Assembly: GCA_964016885.1 (NCBI GenBank) | Contig: OZ024741.1 | Location: 80,166,001 to 80,230,000, forward strand | Length of the DNA stretch: 64,000 bases | Reading direction: 5' to 3' | Source: Eledone cirrhosa | Taxonomy: Eukaryota | Shown here: one piece after another, positions 39,939 to 52,679 of the stretch | How the letters are laid out: each line of letters begins with the position of its first letter | How positions within the stretch are numbered: the stretch's first letter is position 1 | Position numbers and translations under genes: made by a program | The notes under the pieces: model-generated | Databases searched by the model: none | Told to the model about the DNA's origin: nothing | What the model saw: only the letters and a program-made list of their open reading frames with translations

Positions 39939-40144
39939 TAACGAAGGAGATGTGGTAAGGAACCAGGTGGACCATAACGCACCAAAGTACTCAATACTTG
40001 AGGTAGTAGAGTGGGTAATAGGAACCAGTAAGACCCCGACAGCTGAGCTCAAGCCGTATCGACGGCTAATTCTGGACGGCTAATTCTGAGTCCAGAATTA
40101 GCCGTCGAAACGGCTTGAGCTCAGCTGTCGGGGTCTTACTGGTT

Positions 40145-40147
<3 letters not shown>
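39939..40147. mobile_element. Head-to-head Naiad pseudo-LTR 3' fragments (3' half of the HHR only)
   Basis: Both arms match 37128-37268 and begin inside HHR stem II. A 14-bp GACGGCTAATTCTG duplication sits at the junction. Confidence 0.85.
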
Positions 40148-40187
<40 letters not shown>

Positions 40188-40188
40188 T

Positions 40189-40273
<85 letters not shown>

Positions 40274-40306
40274 ATATATATATGTGTATGTATGTATATA
40301 TGTATG

Positions 40307-40338
<32 letters not shown>

Positions 40339-40575
40339 CCAACTCATAATATAATATAAAATTAATTTTTCAAATATATATATATATACAAACTCAGAAA
40401 AATTAACAAAGAGGGGATAGACAGACAACGAACGAAAACAAGGCAAAATGAAAAACAATATTTTAAAAGGGGAAACCTTAAAAAATTATTTTTATAAAAT
40501 AAAAATACAAACGAAAGACACATAACTCCAGAGTCATCGGCTGTTGAGATAGACTTTGTCAGTTTCGACACTTAC

Positions 40576-40610
40576 CATCGGTACTGCTGTTCCATCTGGG
40601 GTCACAGCGT
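40576..40610 (-). CDS. Candidate host-gene micro-exon (35 bp)
   Basis: ttctttcAG|ACGCTG...CCGATG|GTAAGT; phase 1 to phase 0, (D)AVTPDGTAVPM. Confidence 0.45.
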
Positions 40611-41006
40611 CTGAAAGAAGCCAAACTGCCGTCTAGTGGAGTAAGTGACAAGACAAAACATTAACTTGTAGCAATATATGTGTGATAATATAAGCCTGAC
40701 CGGGTTAACATCTACAAGTTTTCAAGTTAATATAAGAAAAATATTAAATGTCTGTCGGGGAAATGTCTTATTTTGTTACATAAATTGTGTTTTAAAGATA
40801 ATTAACAATTTCAAGTATGCCCAATAATGGCAAGCAACAAACGTTGATAAATCTTATTAACTAAAATCGATAAATTGCATTACACAATTGAATGTACAAG
40901 CAGAGAAAGCCGCCCCCTCACGTAGGACAGCACCGGACTCTCTTCTCTGCTTCCGGTCCCATTTCCACACCTGTCCATTCCTTGCCAACATCACAATCGC
41001 ACTCAC

Positions 41007-41102
41007 CGGCTCGAACCGTCATTCTTTTCACGTCCATCACTGCTTCACTTGTACCTTGACTAACATCGTCTATGCCTTTCGGTGTTACTTTCTCGGATCT
41101 AT
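41007..41102 (-). CDS. Candidate host-gene exon (96 bp)
   Basis: ctgtttgtccaatttAG|ATAGAT...GAGCCG|GTGAGT; phase 1 to phase 1, open frame RSEKVTPKGIDDVSQGTSEAVMDVKRMTVRA, in frame with the 40576-40610 exon. Confidence 0.45.
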
Positions 41103-41976
41103 CTAAATTGGACAAACAGGGCACAATTTGGCAGGTCGATTCATATGAAGAACATTTGGGCAACATCGGGCGACGAAACGTCAAATTTGTATTTCGACAC
41201 AATGAAGCACAATAAACTGTAGAAGTATTGAACTGAAGCGAGCATATAATAATAATAACACTGAACGTAATTCCATGGCGACAGAAAGAACTGTGTACTC
41301 CTCAAGCCGCCAGAGTATACTTCGAATTCGTTAAATAGAATTGTGTATCCCCATTTAGCTGAATATATAGGCAAAAAAAAACACGAGCACACTTGAAACA
41401 CGTGATTATGATATGATTGGCTGTCGTTAAATAATTAAACAGCACTTATTAGATAACACTCAATACGAATTCAATGCACGACAATGAGCATATATCCAAA
41501 CCTTCTGGATAAGTCAAGAAAGTTAATCAACACATTGTTGATATATTGATGGCACTATTTTTCAAATTCATACGAATGGAGAATATTTTTATGAAGTTTT
41601 AGTATTTTGATATTTAAAATGTTTTTAAGTATCGTTAAAAATATAGTTTTTGTTTCACGTAATGATTGTTTTACTTTTTCATCCGTTTTATAAAGTTCAA
41701 CAAGTATCTCGAATTTTCTTTTACTTCCTTTTATCAGACAACAATAGCGCCATCTTCTGGATGTAACAGGTCTTTATTTGACATACAAATCGAATGAAAC
41801 GCGTACGTTTAAAAACTTGGAAACCATTTTTAAGAAGTTATGAAAGCTTTGTATCGTGAACTTCATAGCCATACATTGTACAACAGGAAAATAAATGCTT
41901 AAAATAATTTTATATATGAAGTTCACTGAACTATTAAAAACACAAATGTTTAATTTACATTATTTTCAATAAATAT

Positions 41977-42150
41977 GGCGGGGGATTGGCAGTATTGGTA
42001 GAGGGTCGGACGCTATGCTTTGGCGCATAGAGTTACGGCCCTTGCCATTCTGAGTTCGAATCTCGCCGAGGTTAACTTTGCCTTTCATCCTTACGGGGTC
42101 GATAAAATAAAGTACCAGTAATACACTGGGTAATTGCTGGCCTTGTGCCA
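41977..42150 (+). mobile_element. tRNA-derived SINE
   Basis: GGCGGGGATTGGCAGTATTGG...GAGTTCGAATCTC...GCCTTTCATCCTTACGGGGTCGATAAAAT. Confidence 0.85.
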
Positions 42151-42190
42151 AAAAGTAGAAACAATTATTTTCAATAAATATGTATTCAAT

Positions 42191-42229
<39 letters not shown>

Positions 42230-42959
42230 TGTGTGTGTGTGTACATAGAGCATGTATGTGTATCAATGTTGAGGTATATTTATATAAGTATGTTTGTAAG
42301 TTTTTTTTATATTTATAACAGTGTTTCAATAGACAAGATGTCTTCTACAAATAAAATATTAGTAATACTTCGTTTTAAGATCACGGAGAACTGTGTGTAT
42401 GTTCCGTGATTGGAAATGACATTTTTGTTTTCGATTGCATCGGTGTTATCATTATCTATTTTTTGTTTACAGTCGCCACATATATATGTGTGTGTAGATG
42501 TGTGTGTATTTAATAACGTACCTAATGAACGGTCGCACACACACTCACAGACATACATATTCATATACAAAATGTGACGTGGTTGTGTTGTTTTCTAGTG
42601 TTTTAATCCAAATGAAAATATAAATGATCACACATACACTCACACACACACATTCACACACACATACATATACTAAGACAGGGACACACAGAAATACATT
42701 CACGCACACCTGTATGTATCTGTATGTATAGATGTGTGTGTTTAATTGTCTATATGTATGTGAAGAATGTGTGTGTGTGTTTAATTCTCTGAGACCTAAC
42801 GTATGTAATAAACTCGCAAACACACACACTCACAGACACATATACACTCATATACAATGTGACACCACCTAGGTGGTGGTGGTGGGGGTTTACTATAGTT
42901 CTCTATAGAAAGATTATTTTAGTTAAAATATTATATTGTTTTAATCCAAATGAAAATAA

Positions 42960-43215
<256 letters not shown>

Positions 43216-43633
43216 CATTATTTAAATTAGTTTGAATTACCAATGGGCAGAACTGGTGATTCTGGTTGATAAATCATGAGGCAACAAATTGATTAAAGCA
43301 TTCAATGTTATGCAAGTCATCCATCGTAGAAATGGTATCCAGTGGTTGGTGCAACAACAGAAGGCCGGACTGGAAAATATGCTTTGGAATTTCAATTCTG
43401 CGAAGCCACTATATATATTTTGAGGGCCCAGTTTCAATTTTCTATTTTCGATCTTTTTTTCCCTGTCTTCCATGATGCGTTTGGGTTCAACGTAATCCTG
43501 TTAAGTAATTCTGTGGATAACGCCTGGTAATATCGCCCTGCATTGCATCATAGTTGGATGATGGAGTTGGGCCAGCGAAATATATATAGTGACTTCGCGG
43601 AATTAAAATTCTCTCTCTCCCCTCCCTCTCTCC

Positions 43634-43699
<66 letters not shown>

Positions 43700-43706
<7 letters not shown>

Positions 43707-43830
43707 ATGTTGAAAAGGTAACACACCAGAGAGAGATATACAGTGCGTTATCAATAATACATATTATACGTATTATTGATAACGCACTGTATATCTCTCT
43801 CTGGTGTGTTACCTTTTCAACATATTGTAT
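43700..43830. repeat. Perfect ~61-bp-arm palindrome in a short element flanked by (TA)n
   Basis: ATACAATATGTTGAAAAGG...TCAATAATAC / GTATTATTGA...CAACATATTGTAT with a 9-bp spacer. Confidence 0.9.
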
Positions 43831-44145
43831 TTTAAAGGGCTCAGGATCTCTTCTCCTTTGAGCACATTATTTACAGGGACTAGCGAGGGCCTATGCCTCC
43901 GTTAATTTATCGTTATATATATATATATATATTGGAAAATGTGTGAAATCCTTGGTACAGTTAGGTATATTTGAAAAAACGAAAAGAATGACTTCATTTG
44001 TAGTTCTAAACAATTAAATTTTATAATATAATTTTACAATTTGGTTTTGTAAGTTCTTTCTTAACTTCGGTGGGGACATTTTTTAAAGATTCCTGATTAA
44101 CTTTCCAGGAGAACTTTCTCACATTCGTCAGTGGCGATTGTCAAA

Positions 44146-44340
44146 CTGATCTCAGGTTGTGTTATGATGTGTGCCTCTATATATAAGAGATTTGGGTGTG
44201 TCTGGGGGGAGGGTGTTAATGAGTGTTAAATGTTCATCAACTCTCCTTCACTTCCACACTCATTAACAACCCACCCCACCCCCAGACACACCCAAATCTT
44301 TTATATGTAGAGGCACACATCACAACACAACCTGAGATCA
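44146..44340. repeat. Imperfect ~80-bp-arm inverted repeat
   Basis: TGATCTCAGGTTGTGTT...TTAATGAGTG / CACTCATTAA...AACACAACCTGAGATCA. Confidence 0.8.
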
Positions 44341-44740
44341 ATGTGGTGTATATTAAATATAGAGAGGGGTGAGAGTTTGGTGTTAATTGATATAGAGAGG
44401 GGGATTGGAAGAGAGTATCGAGTAGTATATAGAGAGAGGGGGAGGGTTTGGTATTAATTGATATAGAGAGGAGAATTGGAAGAGAGTGTTGTATGGTTGA
44501 TCTATAGAGGGATAGAATCTGGTAGTTGTGGATAGAATGAGAGAGAATGAGATAGAGCGTTGTATGGTAGATATAGAAAGAGTGATAGTTTGGTGGTAAT
44601 TGATATAGAGAGGGGGTTGGGAGAGTGTGTTGTATATTAGATATAGGGAGGGGTGAGAGTTTGGTGTTAATTGATATAGAGAGGGGGTTGGAAGAGAGTA
44701 TTGTGTAAAGAGGGGGAGGGTTTGCATTCTAATTGATATA
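44341..44740 (+). repeat. Purine-rich degenerate satellite (~65-bp unit of two GATATAGAGAGGG subunits), left part
   Basis: Recurring TAATTGATATAGAGAGGGG...TTGGAAGAGAGT...TAGATATAGAGAGGG...AGAGTTTGGTG. Confidence 0.8.
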
Positions 44741-44980
44741 TATTTCTATTTATTTGCTACCAGGGCATCAAAGATTGGGACAAATACAAAGGGGGAGTTT
44801 ACATACATTTAAAAAGACGTGTAAAAAACATATAACAAATTAAATTTAACAATCGATGTCCTCAATAGGGAGGGGCGTTGACATGGGTCGCACACACCCC
44901 CGAAAAAATGTGCAACCCTCCTTTTCAGGAGCACAAAGAGCGGGTGCTTCTTTCCTCTTCTCATTCTTCTCCTCTCTCAC

Positions 44981-47900
44981 CTACAGGCTGATATAGAGAG
45001 AAGGCCCATTCACTCGGGCCATTCTCGCTACTTTCACCCATCTTTCATAAAACTTGCTGGGGTAGAGCACCTCTCTCTCCATTCTGATCCTTCTTCTAAA
45101 GTGGTACTTGAAAAAAAAGACCAGTTGTTGGCCGGAGAGAAAGGTGTCTGACCTCAGCCCTTTCAAACTTGTCCACCATACAACTTCTTTCGCCATGGCT
45201 ATCACACAGAGGAAAACCGCCTCTCCTTCGTTTTTGAAAGGGGGAGGCGGTTTGATCGTGACAATGTTCTCGGTGGTCAACCGGATTGGTACCACCCGCG
45301 ACAGTAGTCGTTCTACATAGTCCCACAGGTCAGCAACGCCCGGGCAGTGTACGAATGCGTGTGCGACGGTTTCCTCGTCACGCACGCATCTTGGACAGAT
45401 CTTCTTCGAGGGGTCCCTACCCGGGCGCCCGTGTCTGTAGAGCTTGTCCCGAACGGGTAGAGCTCCTCGGTAACATTGCCAAGCCAGGGACTTTTGGAAG
45501 TTGTCCATCGGTCCCGGGCCAAACGTCCTACCGAACAGACTGGCCAGCTCGTCTTCCTCCATGCCCAGAGCCTCTCCGAGAGCGTCGTCGCACTTACTGC
45601 GCACCAACCCTCTATAGAATGTTGAGGTTGAGTCTCCACTGATTGCCGGATCCGCTTGCCAGAGGGCCGTGAGCGCCTGGGCACATTCAATGTGCCAGTC
45701 GCCCACTTTTCTCGGTCTTTGCTTGACCCAGGATTGCAGCTCGGTGAGTGAGACGAGTCTCGGAAAGGCTCGCCTCACAAACAGGGCCCACACCGGCTGA
45801 CCGGTGAGGAATACCTGGAGGTGCCGTAGCCTTAATGCGTGTCTACGCATTGTCAGCCACGGCACCCCCAGCCCTCCGTTCGAAGGGTGTTGACAGCAGA
45901 TGGATCTTCTCACCAAAGGAGCCCGCTTCTTCCAAAGAAATCGGAAGAGCACGCGCTCCATTTTGGCGAGTGTTTTCTCTGGGCAAGGCACGACGGTCAA
46001 GCGGTAGTAGATGACGGACGCTATATAAGCGTTCGCCACCTCCGCTCGACCTTTCAGGGATAGTTTGCACTCGGCCCACTTCTGGGCGAGTGCAAACACC
46101 TTTCCCGTTACCTCGTCCCAGTTTTTCCCCACCTGGAGGTCCGGTCCGAACCAGACCCCGAGCAGCTTCACCGGTCCCTCCATCCAGCGTCCGACGATGC
46201 CGTCGGAGGGCATGGTTTTGCCCCTCCACGTCCCGAGTTGCAAACCGACGGACTTGTCCCGGTTCAGCTTGGCTCCTGTGAACATTTCATATTCCTCCAG
46301 TAAGGTGCCGATCTGCCCGATTTCCGAGGCGCACGACACCATTACTGTCACGTCATCGGCGTAGGCCGACACCGCTTTCCGCAATCCCGGTTCCAAGGGG
46401 ATGCCCTGTAACAGCTCCATCTTCCGCAGTAGTGGCTCGAGAGCCAGCACATACAGGAGGGAGGAGAGAGGGCATCCCTGTCGAATGGATCGCGTGATTT
46501 GGAACGGCTCCGAGAGGTAGCCGTTCACCTTGACCCTCGCGCAGGTGTTGCTGCTGTGCATTGCAGCAATCCAGCCCCTGAAAACGGGTCCGAAGCTTGT
46601 CGCCGCGAGCACCGCATCCAGGTACCGATGGTCAACCCTATCGAACGCTTTAGATTGATCCAAGTTGATCAGGGCCCCACCAAAGCCGGGTTCGTTCCCT
46701 ACCCTCTCTACGATGTATCGCATGAGGTGGAGGTTGTCGTGTATGGACCTGGACGGGATTGCGCATGTCTGCGCTTCTCCCACCAGGTTCCCGACGACAA
46801 GCGCCAACCTCTTCGCTAACACCTTGGCCAAAATCTTTAACTCTGTGTTTAGCAGAGTTATGGGCCTGAAGTTATCTTTGTCATCCCCCTTGTTCTCGTC
46901 CTTCCTCACCAGCGTGACTACGCCCTTGGTCACAGAACTGGGAATTCTCCCGTTCTGTTGCCAGTTGCAGTAGACCGCCTTGAGGAGACCGGAGAACAAG
47001 CCCGGCATCGCTACATAAAGTTCGTATGGTAGACCATCGAACCCAGAGATTTGCGTTTGCCGCATTGGCTCAGCGCTTCCCCTATTTCAGCGGCTGAAAT
47101 TGGCCTCTCGCAGGACTTCGCCTCCCCGTCCGAGAGCCGCGCCAGACCGTCGAGGTATGGACCAAAATCCATGGCCCCATCCGGCCCGCCGCCCCTCCCG
47201 AACAGTCGTGCAAAGCGCCGTTGAAAGGCCACGCTCATCCGCTCAGGTTCAAGGATCACGCGTCCATCCTGGTCCTTCAAAGACTGAATCGTGGACTTGT
47301 TTCCACTTTTTGCCTCTGTCACTCGGTCCCAGCTAACAGCTTTGGCTCCCTCGTTACCCAGAGCATGTATTTTACTCCTGACAACGCAGCCCTCGTGCTT
47401 CGCATCAAAAAACTGGTCTAGGGCCATTCTTGACGCCAGCACGCCGGCCACGTTGCCACTCCTAATCGCCTCTTCTACTCTATTTGTTAATTCCCTTTCA
47501 GTTCTATTCCTATCTGATGCTAATTCCCGACTAAAACCTATCGATTCTATTCTAATTTCTCTCTTGAGAGAGCCCCACCATCTGTTGTTGACAATTTCCC
47601 CCGTCAAACGCTGCTTAACTAGTGTGCTAATCCGCTTACTGTAAGCTTTGTTTGTCAGTAAAGACAAGTTTAGCTTCCAGTAACCGGGTCCCTGTCTATG
47701 AGTTCTATCAAGGATGACCACTCCGGTCACCAACTTGTGATCCGAATAGTCAACCATGAACATTTGTGGACAGCTTAATATGTCCCTATCCTTATTTCTA
47801 ACTAGGAACCTATCTAGGTACGACCTAGATGTTCCACTGCGATTACTCCACGTCCACTGTGGCACAGTCGGAAAATCTAGTCAATATCTATCGGCCAGAT

Positions 47901-48436
47901 CAAATCGGCCGATTAATCGTTTGAGGCTGTTACACCCCCCTCTATCGGGACATGCCCCTACATAGTCCCAACGTGCATCCAGGATACCATTCCAGTCCCC
48001 CACTAAAAGCAAGGAGCGAGACGTTCCCAGGAAATTCTCCAAGCGTCGGAAGAAGTCCGGTCGCGATGTCCCAGATGGGGCATACGCTGCCACCAGCCTG
48101 AAAGCTCCACCTTCACCACTGCCGACGTCTAAAACCACCAGTCGACCCTCCGGGTCCAGGTGTACCTTCTGTGTGGCAAGACCCAGGTATTTTCGCAGCA
48201 GAACGACAAACCCATCCCCCCACCCCCACCCCACCCCCACCCCTCGGCTGACAGAGAGATGTGTAGATCTCAAAGTCGTCGAAGATGGGGGCCAGTTGGC
48301 GCTCGCTGCTGATCCTGGACTCGCAAATAACCATTACATCCACTCTGTGCGACCTGAGGTCATTTAAGAGTTTGCCCTGTTTCCAGGACATCCCCAAGCC
48401 GCGTGCATTCACACATCCAACTCTTATATTGGCCAT
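44981..48436 (-). pseudogene. ORF2 (APE endonuclease-RT-zinc finger), disrupted
   Basis: CVNARGL, ICESR, YAP, GDWNG, YLDRF, SDHK, GPGYWKLN, NFRPITLLN, DQSKAFDRV, RQGCPLS and AYADD motifs. Frameshift near 48240, TGA at 47881, frameshift near 47050. Confidence 0.9.
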
Positions 48437-48474
48437 GTTGCTGCTGAAGAGGTAAAAAGGAAGAGGAAAGGAAA

Positions 48475-50419
48475 TTACTTACCTCTTCGTCTCCTGGGGA
48501 CCAGGCTGCACAATTTCCATGGGGGTGTTGGAAGGGTTGTTTGGTGGGGTGGGGTGGTGGTTTGTGGTGGGGTGAGGACATCAGTGTGTGGTGGGATTAG
48601 GGTGTTTGGTGGGGTGTGGGTGTCTGGTATGGGGGTGGGGAAACATCTCAATAGGACGTTGTTATGTGGTTTGGTGCAGTTGGTCCCCACATGCATTGGA
48701 TGGTTCTTTTTCAAAGTTACATAGGTTTCCGTTGGGACCCTAATCATCATTAGGTGCGGTTTGTTCGCTGTGTAGGTGAAAGTGATCCCTTCGGTTTCCA
48801 CCGAAGGGTTATTTTCTATCGCTTTCATCAACTTTTTATTGTTCTTGTTAATGTATGTATAGAGTTTTTGTTGTGTTGTGTTTGTTTTTGTTTGTTGTTC
48901 TTGTGCGTGTTTGCGTTTTGTAGTACGTGTTATGTTTTGGGGAGGGGCGGGGGTTTTTATTTGTGATGTTTGTTCTGTTTGTGCTGGTGGTTGTGTGTTT
49001 GTGGCATTTTTGTTAATGTGGTGCCTTTTTTTTGCCTTTTCACCTGTTGAAAGGGTTCTCCCTCGTCATCACTGGGTGACGTTGATACGGAGTCCTCTTC
49101 CGTGTTGTTGGGGAGGGGTATATTTTGGGGTTTTGTTGTGGTTGCTTTTGTATTAGTTTTAGGTGGGGAGGGGTTGGGTGGAACAGTGTTTTGTGTTGTT
49201 ATTTTTCCGTGTTGTTATGGTTGTTGTTGTTGTTGTTATGGTGGTGGTGGTGGTGGTGGTTGTGTTGTTGTGTTCGGGGTTGGCAGAAGAGCCTTTTTTT
49301 TTTACTCGTTAATTGAGGACAGGCAGCCCTCAGGTGACCCCTGCTTAAGCAGTGGTAACATGACGGCCGCCTTCCCTCCACTGAAGTGTTTATATAAGTT
49401 AGCCCGTCCAGAGGCACGCATTGTGGGATATTCGCTATTCGTTCTGGGCTCATTTGCACCAGAACTTCTACGGTGGTCCCACCAAATACACCTCCGGAGG
49501 ACTTTCCTATTGAAATTATCTTGTCTTCGTCAAAGTTAATTATTCCACATAGTATCCACCAAATATTTACATTTGGTGTGATACTCATTATTTTTATTCT
49601 TTGTGTCCTTTTTCCCCTGTATGTGGGGTAAAAGGTGAAGCGGGGGGACACAATGGGTGCTACCGAGCACTTTTGAGCTGTTGACTGGTTGTTCATTAGC
49701 ACCGAAATGCTACCAAACAGTTTATCTTTTTGTTTGAAGGTTAAGTCCTTCATTGCATCTTTTAGAACCAGCCCAATTTCATTTTGTGATAATTGAGATA
49801 GTTTTCTTGTTTCGTTCGATATTGTCCTGAAAACCACAGTTTTCAGGACAGCCTCTCTACGTAATTCCTGTGGAGAATTGATGCTAAAAGCACCGTTTTC
49901 GCTAAAAGTCACGAATTGTTTTGCGTCTTGTAATAGTTGTTTAGCATTTGTTATGTCTATTGGCGTGAATAGTTCGTTTTTTTTTACAGTCTGTGCAAAT
50001 GTTGTTTTGGTGTTGTTGTCTTTTTTGTTACTGTCACTGTTGGTAATATTGTTCATGTTTTCCTTGGTGTTGCTATTGTTGCAGTTGTTGGTTGTGGTGT
50101 TATTGTCATTGTTCTTGTTGTTGGTGCTGGTATTATTTACCGGGTTTGGTTTCGTGGTTTCGATATTTTTCATGTTTTTCGATGATGCGAGGGGGGAAGG
50201 CTGCAAGCTTTGTACTCCTACCTTCCCTCCACCACTTTTCTTAGTGGGCGTGGCACTCACGACAGTGTGCGAGGTGGAAATGGCATCCATTGCCACCAAG
50301 TCTACAGTTTTGAGATGAAAATTGAAAATTTCGCCCCAGAAAGGGGCGAAAATTAGTTGACTCAACGTCTGACGGCCCAGGCAAGGGGTTAAACTAAACA
50401 ATGTTATTAAATTGAGCAA
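48475..50419 (-). pseudogene. ORF1 (zinc-knuckle protein), frameshifted after the knuckle
   Basis: CYHCLSRGHLRAAC at the end of ORF 49199-50419. The C-terminal part is in ORF 48475-48831, and its stop lies 38 bp before the ORF2 ATG. Confidence 0.8.
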
Positions 50420-50483
50420 TAAACTCAGTTTTTTTACAATAATCCGTAAAAATTCGGAGCAAAGTAAATCACGTCTATATCAA

Positions 50484-51175
50484 GTGTTAATTGATATAGA
50501 GAGGTGGAATGGAAGAGAGTACCATGTAGTAGATATAGAGAGGGGGGAGTTTAGTGTAAATTGATATACAGAGGAGGGGTTAGAAGAGGAAAGTTTGGTG
50601 TTACTTGATATAGAGAGTGGGGTTGGAAGAGAGTTCCGTGTAGTAGATATAAAGAGGGGGAGAGTTTGATATTAATTGATATATAGAGGGGGTTGGCAGA
50701 GTATATTGATTGGTTGATGTAGAGAGGGGGAGAGTTTAATGGTAATGAATAGTGTGAGAGGATTGAAATAGATAGGTATTGATAGATATAGAGAGGGGGG
50801 AGTTTGTTAGTGATGGATAGAGTGAGCAGGAAGGATTGAGAGTGTTGTATGGTAGATATGGAGAGGGGGTAGTTTGGTGGTAATTGATATAGTGAGGGGA
50901 GTTTGAGAGAGAGAATGAGAGAGATTGTTGTATGGTAGATATAGAGAGGGAGAGAGTTTGGTGGTTGCAAATATACAGAGGAGGAATTGGGGGACATAAG
51001 TGAAGATTATATAAAGAGTGAGTGAGTGTATTAGTCTTATATAGAGAGAGTGGGATAAGAGAGGCAGTGTCGTTGTAGATATAGAGAGGGGTAGAGTTTG
51101 GTTTTAGTAGATACAAAGAGCGGTATTAAAAGAGAGTTTTGTGTGATAGACATAGAGAGGAGGAGAGTTTGGTGG
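50484..51175 (+). repeat. Purine-rich degenerate satellite, right part
   Basis: Same unit as 44341-44740, interrupted by the Tx1 element. Confidence 0.8.
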
Positions 51176-51579
51176 CACTCTCGGGTCCCAAATAATAGGA
51201 GGGGTGGCAATAATGGGGGTACTTGGGAAATCAGTAATTGTGTAGTGTACGTTCGTAAATATGGAATTTCTTGTAATGTTCTTCTTTTGTCATATATAAT
51301 GTCTTTTAATGTTAAATAAAATTATTATTATTTTCTCCAGCTGCTGTATCAATATGAATCCCTTACAATACAATTTCGCCGGAAATAGATTAGCAAAATT
51401 TAATAAGCGTGTGGGGGTAGGGGTTAAATAAAACCCGGGGAGGGGAAGGGGGGATCTGGCAAATTAAAAAACAGGGGTGGGGATGATTATTCAAGACCTG
51501 AGAGTAAGTAAATTATTGACGGACGTAAGAATGAAAACTCAATACCGAAGTAGAGTTTAAATATTTATTTATTATGGCT

Positions 51580-51792
<213 letters not shown>

Positions 51793-52679
51793 ATAAATTG
51801 GGTATAATACCAGTTTCTTAGCAAATGCGAAGAAGCTCGATATATTATCTCCCTATGAAAGGGCACAGAGCATAATTTTTTTTAAATTACATATATACAG
51901 TGGCACCCCCTCCACTCCAATAATTATATTTCCTCCCCAAACTACCAAACCACACATCTATTTGGATGTGTGCTACAATTTATGTACATGTTATGTTTAT
52001 CGCATATCGAAGTTTTCTTACCATTTTAGAGTGCAAAGAGCTACAACTAAATTGTTCAAATTTGCTCCCCTCCAATTCAGAAATTCTTCCACCGCCCCTG
52101 AAATATAAACTGACTCATTTTACCATCTATTTTTTTTATTTTTTATCACATATTTCTATACCTATACACAGTATACACTGTAGCTAACTGCGTTATATAG
52201 CATACAACAAATAACTTATGTATTTTAATGTTACACAACTTTTATATGAACAGATTTTTCACTTTTTTACACACACTCATTCATTTTATTTTTTCAATTT
52301 CTCCCCTATACAAACGATATTATCGTACATTTATCCGCTGAAATGTAAACAGAAAAAATGTTTATTTTCTGATTGGTTATCTGGTTTCTTCATTGTGTTT
52401 TATATAAAAATAGTTATTTATTTTCATTACTAGTAGTATGTCTATCTTTGTTATAATGAACATCATGTATACACGCGATTATATATGTGCTATTTCAAAC
52501 TTTTTTTTTTATATAGACTTTAAATGAATATATTTTCTATTTGTAAACACAATATGATATCTAATCTCCACTAAGTATTGGATCCGGGAATTTCACGAGA
52601 ACAAAACAATAAATAATGCGTGTAGAGGGTCAACTACAATGTATATTAACATGCCACACGACAAGGATCTTAATTAATA

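Larger units (their letters stand above)
44742..50480 (-). mobile_element. Near full-length Tx1/L1-clade non-LTR retrotransposon
   Basis: ORF1 with CCHC knuckle, ORF2 with APE, RT and C-terminal CPRC..ETVAHAFVHC, a 5'UTR, and a 3' AAATAAATAGAAA end. Confidence 0.92.

Noticed and set aside
44090-44140. Minus-strand CTGACGA...GAAA hammerhead candidate
   Set aside because: Stems II and III and the cleavage-site register could not be assigned convincingly.
44341-51175. CRISPR-like array
   Set aside because: Degenerate eukaryotic satellite without unique spacers or cas genes.
51898-52182. TA-CAGTG...CACTG-TA Tc1-like MITE
   Set aside because: The inverted match does not extend beyond about 7 bp.
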